DNA from: Candidatus Atribacteria bacterium UBA6794 | GTDB taxonomy: Bacteria; Atribacterota; Phoenicimicrobiia; Phoenicimicrobiales; Stramentimicrobiaceae | Direction: 5' to 3' | Assembly: GCA_002452835.1 (NCBI GenBank) | Contig: DKFO01000081.1 | Location: 1 to 63,889 of the forward strand | DNA: 63,889 nt | Part shown: positions 36,996 to 45,487 of the stretch, piece by piece | Layout: each line of letters begins with the position of its first letter | How positions within the stretch are numbered: position 1 is the stretch's first letter | The notes under the pieces: model-generated | Told to the model about the DNA's origin: nothing | The model's input: the letters and a program-made list of their open reading frames with translations, nothing else | Database searches by the model: none | Position numbers and translations under genes: made by a program

Positions 36996-37647
36996 TGTAC
37001 TGCCCAAAATCCCTTCACAGAGGGAAATAAGTTCATTCCGTACAAAACTTCTACGCTGGTTTAACAAAAACGAAAGGAAATACCCATGGAGAGACACCAG
37101 TGATCCCTTCAGAATTTTGATAGCCGAAATGATGCTAAGACGGACCAGAGCAGATCAGGTGAAGCATGTGTATGAACAATTATTTCTGGAGTATCCTGAT
37201 ATAGAGAGCCTTACAGATGCCGAAGATGAAAAAATAGAGAAAATTTTGTATCCTCTGGGACTGAAATGGAGAACACAGGCATTCAGTCTTGTAGCCAAGG
37301 AAATAAAAGTAAAATATGGCTCGAGGGTCCCTGAAACAAGAGATAAGTTGAGAAAATTACCAGGAGTGGGTGAATATGTAGCAGGTGCTGTATTATCGAT
37401 AGGTTATGGTAAAAAAGAATGGATGGTGGATAGTAATATCGTAAGGGTCTTCAGAAGGTATTTCGGGGTCGGAACTTCTAGAGAAGGAAGAAGGGATAAA
37501 CATGTTATAGAAATGGCGAAATTATATGTTAACTGTAATGATCCCCGGAAGGCAAATCTCGCAATTCTCGATTTTTCTGCTCTTATCTGCGCTTCCAGAA
37601 ATCCCGTATGCAAAGAATGTCCTATAAAAATGGAATGTAGATGTTAA
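36982..37647 (+). CDS. HhH-GPD [4Fe-4S] DNA glycosylase, MutY/Mig-like (probable T/U:G mismatch glycosylase)
   Basis: HhH LRKLPGVGEYVAGAVL with no EndoIII-type Lys. Catalytic Asp in MVDSNIVRVFRRYFG. Cluster motif C-x6-C-x2-C-x5-C (CASRNPVCKECPIKMEC). The start overlaps the dcm end. Confidence 0.75.
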   Translation: MEKNNVLPKIPSQREISSFRTKLLRWFNKNERKYPWRDTSDPFRILIAEMMLRRTRADQVKHVYEQLFLEYPDIESLTDAEDEKIEKILYPLGLKWRTQAFSLVAKEIKVKYGSRVPETRDKLRKLPGVGEYVAGAVLSIGYGKKEWMVDSNIVRVFRRYFGVGTSREGRRDKHVIEMAKLYVNCNDPRKANLAILDFSALICASRNPVCKECPIKMECRC

Positions 37648-37728
37648 TTCAATAGGATACTTTTTAAAACACTTACCTGCACCGAAAGAAAAATCCCATA
37701 AAAAATATATCTAGCTCTTTATTTCTCT

Positions 37729-37976
37729 GTTATACCCAACTTCACCTTTTTTTAAACCATAAATGCTGAAAAAACCTTAGTTTTCAAGGTTTATAAGATT
37801 TTAAAACAAGATTTTGTAGACTAAGGTATTGCGTATTCTGTTTTGTTATGGTATTTTTAAAAAAATACTATAATGCTTGGTATCAGTGATATTGAAAATT
37901 GCATACTAATTTAAAAATAACTTTCTTTTGATTACCAAGGGTTCTATGGTTTGAAAGAGTGAAGTTGGGTTATACA
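37729..37976. mobile_element. MITE-like element (~250 bp) with ~30-bp imperfect terminal inverted repeats
   Basis: Left arm GTTATACCCAACTTCACC..AAACCAT (37729-37760). Right arm ATGGTTT..GTGAAGTTGGGTTATAC (37946-37975). The 9-bp TCTAGCTCT occurs on both sides (37710-37718 and 37991-37999). Confidence 0.6.
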
Positions 37977-37990
37977 ATTATTATGTAATT

Positions 37991-39593
37991 TCTAGCTCTC
38001 TTTTTGATGATATAAAAAAAGAAGTCTCCAAAATAAATATTCTCATTGGCTCAAAGAAATTTATTGAAGGCTGGGATACCTGGCGTGTTTCTTCAATGGG
38101 ACTGCTAAATATTGGCAAAGGACAAGGTCCTCAGATTATCCAGTTGTTTGGAAGAGGAGTAAGGCTTAAAGGTAAAGGTATGTCTTTGAAAAGAAGTGAG
38201 CGCCCTGCCTATTTGCCCAGCAACCACTCCTCCCCTAGAGAGGAATTTTGGCTACAGCTCTTAGAAATACTCAATATTTATGGAATTAAAGCTGACTACC
38301 TGAGTAAGTTTTTAGAAGCAATCAGGAGGGAAGAAGCGGAATTTGAGACTATTGGAATACCTGCCCAACCTCAATACCAGGAAAAATGGGAGACTCTTTA
38401 TACCCTTTCTAAACCCGAAAAGAGGTTTGAGGAAGAAGAGATCTTAAGATTAGAGATTGACGACAGAATTTATTTTACTGTTGACCTCTTGCCAAAAGTA
38501 TCAATGTATTTATCAAAAGAGAGAAAAGAGGATGGTATAAAGACAGGAGAAATAAAAACAGCATTTGATGAATTGAGAATTCCGGAAGATATTATAGATT
38601 TGCTCGATGAGGGAAGGATATGGCAGGAAATAATTGAATTTAAAGTGCAGAGAAACTATTGGAATTTAGTTTTTGAGAAAGATATGTTAAAAAATATCCT
38701 TTTATCTGATAGATATACCCTCCTTTCGCTTCCCGAAATTTTGGAAGTTAAAGATGAAGAAGACAAAAAACAGCTGGAAGATGTGGCGCTCCTGATTATT
38801 AAAAAATATCTGGATTTATTTTACAGGAAGAATGCCAAACGTTTTGAGTCAAAAAACTTACGTTATGATAAGGTTAGACAACTACCATTGCCCCCTTATC
38901 TCTGAAGAAAGACAGGGTTACCTGGTGCAGGTAGTTAAGAAGGAGAAGGAGCTGATCAAAGAGATAAGGAGCCTGGTAGATGATTTAGAAAAACTATTTA
39001 AAGAAGAAAATACCAGTTTGCCCCGAGTGTATTTTGATGGTTCTCTCTATGTGCCGATGCTACTTCAAAGCAAGAAAATAAATAAAATTTCTCCCGCGGG
39101 TTTAGTGGATAGTGAACAAAAATTTGTGCTGGGACTAAGAGAATATTTGAAAAGGCATAAAGATAAATTTCCGAGTGAGATATATCTTTTAAGGAATTAT
39201 CCTTTTTCCGGGGTGGGTTTTCAACTTCAATGGGCTGGATTTTACCCTGATTTTATTATGTGGATTAAAGAAGGCAGGCAACAAACTCAAACTATTGTCT
39301 TTATAGACCCTAAAGGATTAGAACATATTAAAGGACTGGATAATGAAAAAATAAAATTTGCTGGCTTTCTGAATGAAAAGGATGACCCTGAAACGGTTAC
39401 TATAAAAAAGATTGAAAAGAGTCTCCGGGATAAAAATATCCGATTGGAATCTTTTATCCTTTCCAAAACTTCTTATGATGACTTGAGAAAAGGAGAAACT
39501 GTTTTTCCCACGATGGAAGAATTTATGGCTCACCACGTTTTATTCTTATCAGATAAAAATTGGCCTGAAAAATTAATCAGCATGATAATATAA
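37991..39593 (+). pseudogene. 3' fragment of a Type III-like restriction helicase-nuclease (res), also frameshifted
   Basis: Begins mid-protein at the helicase motif VI region (FIEGWDTWRV..QLFGRGVRLKG). The frame changes at the C5 run 38891-38895. The C-terminal part has a PD-(D/E)xK-like YPDFIMW..IVFIDPKG. Confidence 0.7.
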
Positions 39594-39691
39594 ATAACAT
39601 AAAACATAAATAGACAAGAATTCGTTATAATGTAATGGACAAAAAGGTTAACCAAGTTAGCAAAAGAGGGTCAATAGGAGGTATAATACTG

Positions 39692-40333
39692 ATGAAGATG
39701 CGCAAAAGTGAAATAATCATCTTGGGAATAATTCTGCTTTCCTTGATCATCAGTATTTACTTCTATCCTCAGATGCCCGAGAAAATGGCTTCGCACTGGA
39801 ATGCTCAAGGCCAAGTAGATGGCTATATGTCAAAATTTTGGGGACTGTTCTTGATGCCCTTTATGTTTATAGGTCTTGCTTTACTTTTTGTGGCTATTCC
39901 TCGAATAGACCCCTTGAAGGTAAATATTGAAAAATTCAGGAAATTTTATGATATATTTATCGTCTTGTTTTTTGTTTTTCTGTTTGCAATTCATTGCCAA
40001 ATCATTCTCTGGAATATGGGAATTGAAATAAGTTCCAATGTTATTCTCCCAATCGGTCTTGGTCTTTTATTTTTCTATATCGGTATTCTTTGTGAAAATG
40101 CGAAAAGAAACTGGTTTATCGGAATCAGAACCCCCTGGACTTTAAGCAATGAGGTAGTCTGGGATAAAACCCATAAAATCGGTGGAAAATTGTTTAAGAT
40201 TGCTGGAGTAATTGCTCTTTTAGGAGTTTTCTTTCAGAACTATGCCTTCTTCTTCATCATTATTCCAGTAATTGCAGTCTCTGCCTATACCATTATTTAT
40301 TCCTATGTGGAATACCAAAGGGAAACAAAATAA
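39692..40333 (+). CDS. SdpI/YhfL-family membrane protein (DUF1648 + SdpI domains)
   Basis: MASHWNAQGQVDGYMSK and NWFIGIRTPWTLSNEVVW motifs. Start chosen at 39692, after AGGAGG. Confidence 0.75.
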   Translation: MKMRKSEIIILGIILLSLIISIYFYPQMPEKMASHWNAQGQVDGYMSKFWGLFLMPFMFIGLALLFVAIPRIDPLKVNIEKFRKFYDIFIVLFFVFLFAIHCQIILWNMGIEISSNVILPIGLGLLFFYIGILCENAKRNWFIGIRTPWTLSNEVVWDKTHKIGGKLFKIAGVIALLGVFFQNYAFFFIIIPVIAVSAYTIIYSYVEYQRETK

Positions 40334-40425
40334 TAGCATTATGGGAAATTTTTCCTAAGTAAGGTAAAATATCCAAGGAGTGAATACCCCCTGGATACTC
40401 CTAAATTAACCCTATCAATTAAAGT

Positions 40426-40647
40426 TCAAGTTCCATATTTATCTTTATTAATTTTGATGCATGTTGGTGGAGCAATTTTTTTGGCATAACGTAGAGCTTT
40501 TTTCTCACTGGAAAAAGTACGGTCTCCAATCATAATCGGTGGGAAAATCGTTTTACCATGATAAGACTGATAGCCAAATTTAACTATATATTCGTCCTGA
40601 CTTTTAGATATTTCACAATAATCATAATTATTTTTGGTAATATTCAT
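40426..40647 (-). CDS. Hypothetical 73-aa protein
   Basis: ORF 33 nt downstream of the peptidase gene on the same strand. No motif. Confidence 0.4.
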   Translation of the reverse strand: MNITKNNYDYCEISKSQDEYIVKFGYQSYHGKTIFPPIMIGDRTFSSEKKALRYAKKIAPPTCIKINKDKYGT

Positions 40648-40680
40648 AATATTGAGTCTCTCTCAGTTTTTTATTAACTT

Positions 40681-41325
40681 TTATAAAACACTGGGGCTAA
40701 TAACAATAGCCATACTATATTTGGGATTGGCGGTTAGATTTAAATTCATAAATTGGTCATAAGAGATAGTATAGTCTTTCCCGATGGTCGGATCATTGGT
40801 AACTATTTCTTTTTTCTCAGAATCAAAGCCAACAATAACACGAGCATGAGCCAGAGGGTTAGTTTCCTTATATTTCTGTATTGCTATTAAGGGAATTTGG
40901 TTGTAAAGATATTTTTCAATTTCTTCCAGGGTTAAAACAGTAAAGGAGGCCTCAAATCCTAAATCCTTAGCAAATTTAACCATTTTATAAATATCCCCTA
41001 AACCATCTGGTTTAATAATTTCTTGGGCTAATTCCTGCTGGGTCACCTGAACTCCAAAATAATTTAAGGTCATTGCCCCGGAGGCAGGTAAGCACCAATT
41101 AGTACCGGCGTATTTCTGATAGGGAACTTCCAGATAAACTGAACCAGTCTTAGCCTTATAATCATTCTCTGTTAGGAAGCTGCTAGTGAGCAGATCACTC
41201 TCCTGATTAGCAAGCTCTGTTTCTGGTATAATTCCACTACAGGATGTTAAAAAGAATACCGCACTTATGATCAGTAAGATTTTACTGATGTTGATTAATT
41301 TTCCCCAAACTTTCATTTTATCCAC
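40681..41325 (-). CDS. C39-like (papain-fold) cysteine peptidase lipoprotein
   Basis: Lipobox LTSCSG, nucleophile region GTNWCLPASGAMTLNYFG and His region AHARVIVGFD. Confidence 0.7.
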   Translation of the reverse strand: MDKMKVWGKLINISKILLIISAVFFLTSCSGIIPETELANQESDLLTSSFLTENDYKAKTGSVYLEVPYQKYAGTNWCLPASGAMTLNYFGVQVTQQELAQEIIKPDGLGDIYKMVKFAKDLGFEASFTVLTLEEIEKYLYNQIPLIAIQKYKETNPLAHARVIVGFDSEKKEIVTNDPTIGKDYTISYDQFMNLNLTANPKYSMAIVISPSVL

Positions 41326-41377
41326 CCCTTATGACCAGTTGAAAAAGAAGCAAAGTTTGGGCAAAATAAAAAAAGGT

Positions 41378-41462
41378 GGTAGCCTGGCAACCTTGGTCTT
41401 AGACTTTAGGCCCATAACTTTGCGCCCTATTCTTTCGAATAGTTTGCCTTTTTCAACCTTAT
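41378..41462 (-). ncRNA. c-di-GMP-I (GEMM-I) riboswitch, proximal copy
   Basis: The minus strand reads GGCAAACUAUUCGAAAGAAUAGGGCGCAAAGUUAUGGGCCUAAAG..UUGCCAGGCUACC. This parallels V. cholerae Vc2 (GGCAAACCAUUCGAAAGAGUGGGACGCAAAGCCUCCGGCCUAAACC..). A U-run follows. Confidence 0.8.
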
Positions 41463-41517
41463 TATTTAAATTTTTTTATTTATACTTTTTATTTTTTTGC
41501 TAAAAGAAAAAGAAGTC

Positions 41518-41605
41518 GGTAGGCTGGCAATCTTAACAGTTTCCTGCCTTAGACCCAGTCCTTTGCGCCCTATTCTTTCGAATAGTTTGCCTTTTTCAAC
41601 TTCAA
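41518..41605 (-). ncRNA. c-di-GMP-I (GEMM-I) riboswitch, distal copy
   Basis: The minus strand reads GGCAAACUAUUCGAAAGAAUAGGGCGCAAAGGACUGGGUCUAAGGCAGG..UUGCCAGCCUACC, followed by CUUCUUUUUCUUUU. Confidence 0.8.
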
Positions 41606-41617
41606 ATAATAAATATC

Positions 41618-41855
41618 AGGATATTCAAGGGGAATTCTTCCCCTTGAGAACCCTTGAATTAATTTCTGACTAGCAACTGTATTTAAATGATATACGTTAT
41701 ACGTAATACGGTATTGTCATTGCAAGGAGCAAAGCGACGAAGCAATCTCATCCACTTATATCCGCATCTTTTATCTGAAAACAGTTAACTGCAAACTGAT
41801 AACTATTTATCACCCTCACCTTCCCTCTCCCTTCTAAGGGAGAGGGATATGGTAA
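41618..41855. repeat. Composite repeat block (families E + C + D + A)
   Basis: E/C at 41618-41715, D (GTCATTGCAAGGAGCAAAGCGACGAAGCAATCTC) at 41716-41750, A at 41810-41846. 41796-41855 matches bases 1-60. Confidence 0.85.
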
Positions 41856-41989
41856 TATAATATCATATTTTCTAAATTAAGGATAATATTTTTAAAATAT
41901 CGAAATTTCAAAGAAATTTCGATTCTACTATATTTATTCCCTAAATAAAAATATTTAGACAAAAATTTTACTTAAAATTAAAATTTTTT

Positions 41990-43132
41990 TTATTTCTGCA
42001 ATAATTTAGAAGGATAATCTATTCTATTAGATAATTTATCCTGATAACGTTCCAGGGCGAGCTGGATCAACCTATCTATCAATTCGGTAAAACCAATTCC
42101 GCTTTTTTCCCATAATCTGGGATACATACTTACCTCGGTAAAACCTGGAATAGTATTGATTTCATTAAGGTAGACGTGGTAGGAATTGCTTCTCTTCTGG
42201 ACCAAAAAATCAACCCGGGCTAAACCTGCCGCATCAATTGCTAAAAAAGCAAGCTTAGAGAGGTTTTGAATTTGCTTGGTTAGCTCATCAGGAATCTTAG
42301 CTGGAATAACCAGCCGGGTATGCTCATCAATATACTTGGAATCATAATCATAATATTCTCCCGCCGGTTGCACCTCACCCACCATTGAAACTTCTGGTTC
42401 ATCATTACCCAGGACACTACACTCCAGCTCAATATTATCTTCTACTCCTTCTTCGATAATAATTTTACGGTCATAAGATGCAGCTAAATCAATGGCAGGA
42501 GCTAATTCACTTCTTTGCTGCACTTTACTGACCCCCACACTGGAACCCAGATTGGTCGGCTTCACAAAAAGAGGAAAATTAAATTGTTCTTCTATTTCTG
42601 CTAATATCTTTTTTTTCTCAATGTTCCATCTTTTACGCTTTATCATCATCCATCTGGCATGAGGAAGCCCTGCTTGCTGAAAAATCTTTTTCATCAGTTC
42701 TTTATCCATAGCCAGTGAGGAGGCCACTACCCCTGAACCTACATAGGGAATACCAATTAATTCTAACAGACCCTGCACGGTACCATCTTCTCCATAAGGT
42801 CCATGTAAGAGAGGGAAGATAACATCTAACCTTTCTAAAGGAGAATAGGCAATCTGATTATTTCTTCTGCTGGCGACTAAAAATTGATGATGGTCTGTTT
42901 TACTTTCCCAGCAAATTATCTCTTTTCCCTCCACTCTACCAGTAAGTAGAGCCTGGCGACTATCAGAAGGTGATAACCAGTAACCACTTTTGGTAATACC
43001 AATCGGTATAGCTTCATATTTTTCAGTATCAATGGCTTTCATCACTGAGCAGGCTGAACAGAAAGAGACTTCATGCTCACCTGATTTTCCTCCAAACAAT
43101 ATCCCTACTTTTAATCTTTCTGGCTGTTTCAT
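41990..43132 (-). CDS. ddl: D-alanine--D-alanine ligase
   Basis: GILFGGKSGEHEVS N terminus, HGPYGEDGTVQGLLE, and ATP-grasp C-terminal EINTIPGFT. Confidence 0.9.
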   Translation of the reverse strand: MKQPERLKVGILFGGKSGEHEVSFCSACSVMKAIDTEKYEAIPIGITKSGYWLSPSDSRQALLTGRVEGKEIICWESKTDHHQFLVASRRNNQIAYSPLERLDVIFPLLHGPYGEDGTVQGLLELIGIPYVGSGVVASSLAMDKELMKKIFQQAGLPHARWMMIKRKRWNIEKKKILAEIEEQFNFPLFVKPTNLGSSVGVSKVQQRSELAPAIDLAASYDRKIIIEEGVEDNIELECSVLGNDEPEVSMVGEVQPAGEYYDYDSKYIDEHTRLVIPAKIPDELTKQIQNLSKLAFLAIDAAGLARVDFLVQKRSNSYHVYLNEINTIPGFTEVSMYPRLWEKSGIGFTELIDRLIQLALERYQDKLSNRIDYPSKLLQK

Positions 43133-43195
43133 GATATTCCTCTCTCTAAAATGATATCTCTGAATTTACCTCAAGCTCAATAGCTATAAAAAATA

Positions 43196-43447
43196 TTATC
43201 CTCCACCTATCACCGGGAATACCTCAATCATATCGCCCTCTTTTACCTGATAATCAAAATTAACTATTTTTTTATTAACCAAAACCATCCCCACATAACC
43301 GATAACTTCCTTGGGTAAAAAACGGTTCAGAATCGATAAAATATCCTCTTGAGAATCAAGCTGCAAATTTAAGACTTTATTAGAATTATCCTTCAGGTAT
43401 TGTTCAAAACCAGAATAAAACCTAATGGTTACTTTCATGCCTATCAC
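43196..43447 (-). CDS. MoaD/ThiS-family ubiquitin-like sulfur carrier
   Basis: About 80 aa ending in GGG. The start may be the MKVTIRF Met. Overlaps the end of rarA. Confidence 0.6.
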   Translation of the reverse strand: MIGMKVTIRFYSGFEQYLKDNSNKVLNLQLDSQEDILSILNRFLPKEVIGYVGMVLVNKKIVNFDYQVKEGDMIEVFPVIGGG

Positions 43448-44873
43448 TCCTGCTTCTTTTATTCTTCTCAGTAATAGTATCTCCTTTAAGTGGTACTATC
43501 TGCTTCATCTTTTCTCTCTGCTCCATCTTTTCTTTAATCTCTTTTTCCAGACCTCTCTTCGTTGGGAAATAATACTTTCTATCTTGCAGTTGTTCAGGAA
43601 GATGCTGTTGATCCACTAAGGCCTCCTGAAAATCGTGGGCATATTGATAACCTTTTCCATAACCCATCTCTTTCATCATCCTGGTAGGAGCATTGCGAAT
43701 TACTAAAGGTACTGGCAAAGGACCATATCTTTTGATATCCTGACTGACCAGTTGCCTGCCTTTATAGAGTGCATTACTCTTGGGGGTATTGGCTAAATAA
43801 ACTGCCGCCTGGACAAGGGCTAAATCTCCCTCTGGCATACCCAAGAAATGAACTGCCTGCATTGCCGAAACAGCAACCGTAAGAGCCAGGGGGTCAGCAT
43901 TCCCTACATCTTCCGAAGCAAACCTGACAAGTCTACGGGCAATATAGAGGGGGTCTTCACCTCCTTCAATCATACGGGTAACCCAATATAAGGCTGCATC
44001 CGGATCAGAATCACGCATACTCTTATGTAAAGCAGAAATAAGATTGTAATGCTCTTCCCCGCTTTTATCATAACGGAGGATATTTTTCTGAGCAATTTCC
44101 TGGATTATTTTCCGATCTATTTTAATTTTTTCCTTCTCTTCTTTATCCTTCTCCTTATTCTTATCCTTACCCTTCTCTTTATCCTTAAAGTCAGCAATTC
44201 TGGTATTGACGGCAAATTCTAAGATATTCAAGGCTATGCGGGCATCTCCGTAAGAAAGCTGGATAATGAGATTAATTGCCTCTTGCTCAATCTCTATCGG
44301 TAAATTTCCAAAACCAGCTTCTTGGTCAGTTAAAGCTCGCTGAATAATTTTAGCTAAATCTGCCTCGCTCAGTGGCTCCAGGACATAGACATTAGAACGG
44401 GACAATAAGGGAGGAATAACTTCAAAAGAAGGATTTTCAGTAGTGGCACCTATCAAGATAATTGTTCCGTCCTCTACATAGGGCAGAAAGGCATTCTGCT
44501 GAGACTTGTTAAAACGATGAATCTCATCCACAAAGAGAATAGTCCTCTGTTGATGGAAGGTCCAGCGCTGTTTCACCTCTTTAATTATTTCCTTCAAGTC
44601 AGGAATACCAGAGGTAACGGCACTAAATGGTACAAAAAAACTCTTGGTCATCCGAGCAATAATCATAGCCAGAGCTGTTTTACCAGAGCCTGGTGGCCCC
44701 CAAAAAATAAGGGACTGTAGCTGATCATTTTCAATGGCAATACGTAAGGGTTTACCTTTGCCTATAAGCTTTTCTTGCCCGACAAACTCATCTAAATTCT
44801 TGGGCCGCATCCGATCCGCTAAGGGGGCTAATCCTGTTATTTTTTCTACCTGTTGATGAAAAAGGTCTCTCAT
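43422..44873 (-). CDS. rarA: Replication-associated recombination protein A (RarA/MgsA AAA+ ATPase)
   Basis: Walker A GPPGSGKT, Walker B FVDEIHRFNK, and MgsA C-terminal domain (HYNLISALHKSMRDSDPDAALYW). Contains a K/D/E-rich insertion. Confidence 0.9.
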   Translation of the reverse strand: MRDLFHQQVEKITGLAPLADRMRPKNLDEFVGQEKLIGKGKPLRIAIENDQLQSLIFWGPPGSGKTALAMIIARMTKSFFVPFSAVTSGIPDLKEIIKEVKQRWTFHQQRTILFVDEIHRFNKSQQNAFLPYVEDGTIILIGATTENPSFEVIPPLLSRSNVYVLEPLSEADLAKIIQRALTDQEAGFGNLPIEIEQEAINLIIQLSYGDARIALNILEFAVNTRIADFKDKEKGKDKNKEKDKEEKEKIKIDRKIIQEIAQKNILRYDKSGEEHYNLISALHKSMRDSDPDAALYWVTRMIEGGEDPLYIARRLVRFASEDVGNADPLALTVAVSAMQAVHFLGMPEGDLALVQAAVYLANTPKSNALYKGRQLVSQDIKRYGPLPVPLVIRNAPTRMMKEMGYGKGYQYAHDFQEALVDQQHLPEQLQDRKYYFPTKRGLEKEIKEKMEQREKMKQIVPLKGDTITEKNKRSRSDRHESNH

Positions 44874-45065
44874 TTTTCTCCTTAACCTCTTTTATCTCAT
44901 TATCTTATCATCTTTTTCCCATTTTTTAAATAACAAGTTACTCAAAACCATTCTTGCCTCTATTTAAGGATATTTTTCTCTTTGATAAGGTTTCTTTTCA
45001 CCTCCCTGACCATCTCTGAAAAGAAAAAAGATTGAAGAGAGGTATTTTTATTTGATGAGAGATCT

Positions 45066-45103
45066 TCACCCTCACCCTATCCCTCTCCTTTCAAGGGAGA
45101 GGG
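45066..45103. repeat. Family A palindromic element
   Basis: TCACCCTCACCCTATCCCTCTCCTTTCAAGGGAGAGGG. Confidence 0.8.
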
Positions 45104-45487
45104 AAAAGAGAGTGTTCTTCCCCCTTCTTTTGAGAAATAGGATTAAGATACAGTGTCGAGGGAAGTTATTTAGGCATATACCTAAAATTAGACTATAATA
45201 AATTACAATATCAAGGTATAATAATATTTAATTCTTATCTTAATGAGGAATAATAAATAATATATGATAAGTTAGATTTTAAGTCAGATTAATTCCCATA
45301 ATTTCTATATTTGAGTTAAAAAGAGGATTTATTATAAAATAAAAAAATCCAGAGATAGAAATCATACGGAAATCATACATAATAATAAAATAATAAATAT
45401 AATAAATATTAAAGCTTGCTGTTAATTCAATGGTTATCAAGGGAAATAATTCCCTGATAAAATAAAATTTGGCAGGAGAGAAAGATT

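Noticed and set aside
38832-39593. 38832-39593 as an independent 253-aa gene starting at its ATG
   Set aside because: It continues the res-type protein after a frame change at the C5 run 38891-38895. The upstream frame ends at 38905 with no RBS, so the two ORFs are halves of one frameshifted pseudogene.
39692-40333. SdpI-like protein as the immunity half of a toxin-immunity (SdpC/SdpI) pair
   Set aside because: There is no adjacent sdpC-like toxin or sdpR-like regulator. This family is widespread as stand-alone membrane proteins.
43196-43447. MoaD/ThiS-like gene as the missing moaD of the Moco operon
   Set aside because: It is 34 kb from the operon, sits between rarA and ddl, and has no adjacent moaE or thiF/thiG. 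Sequence alone cannot distinguish MoaD from ThiS or another sulfur carrier.
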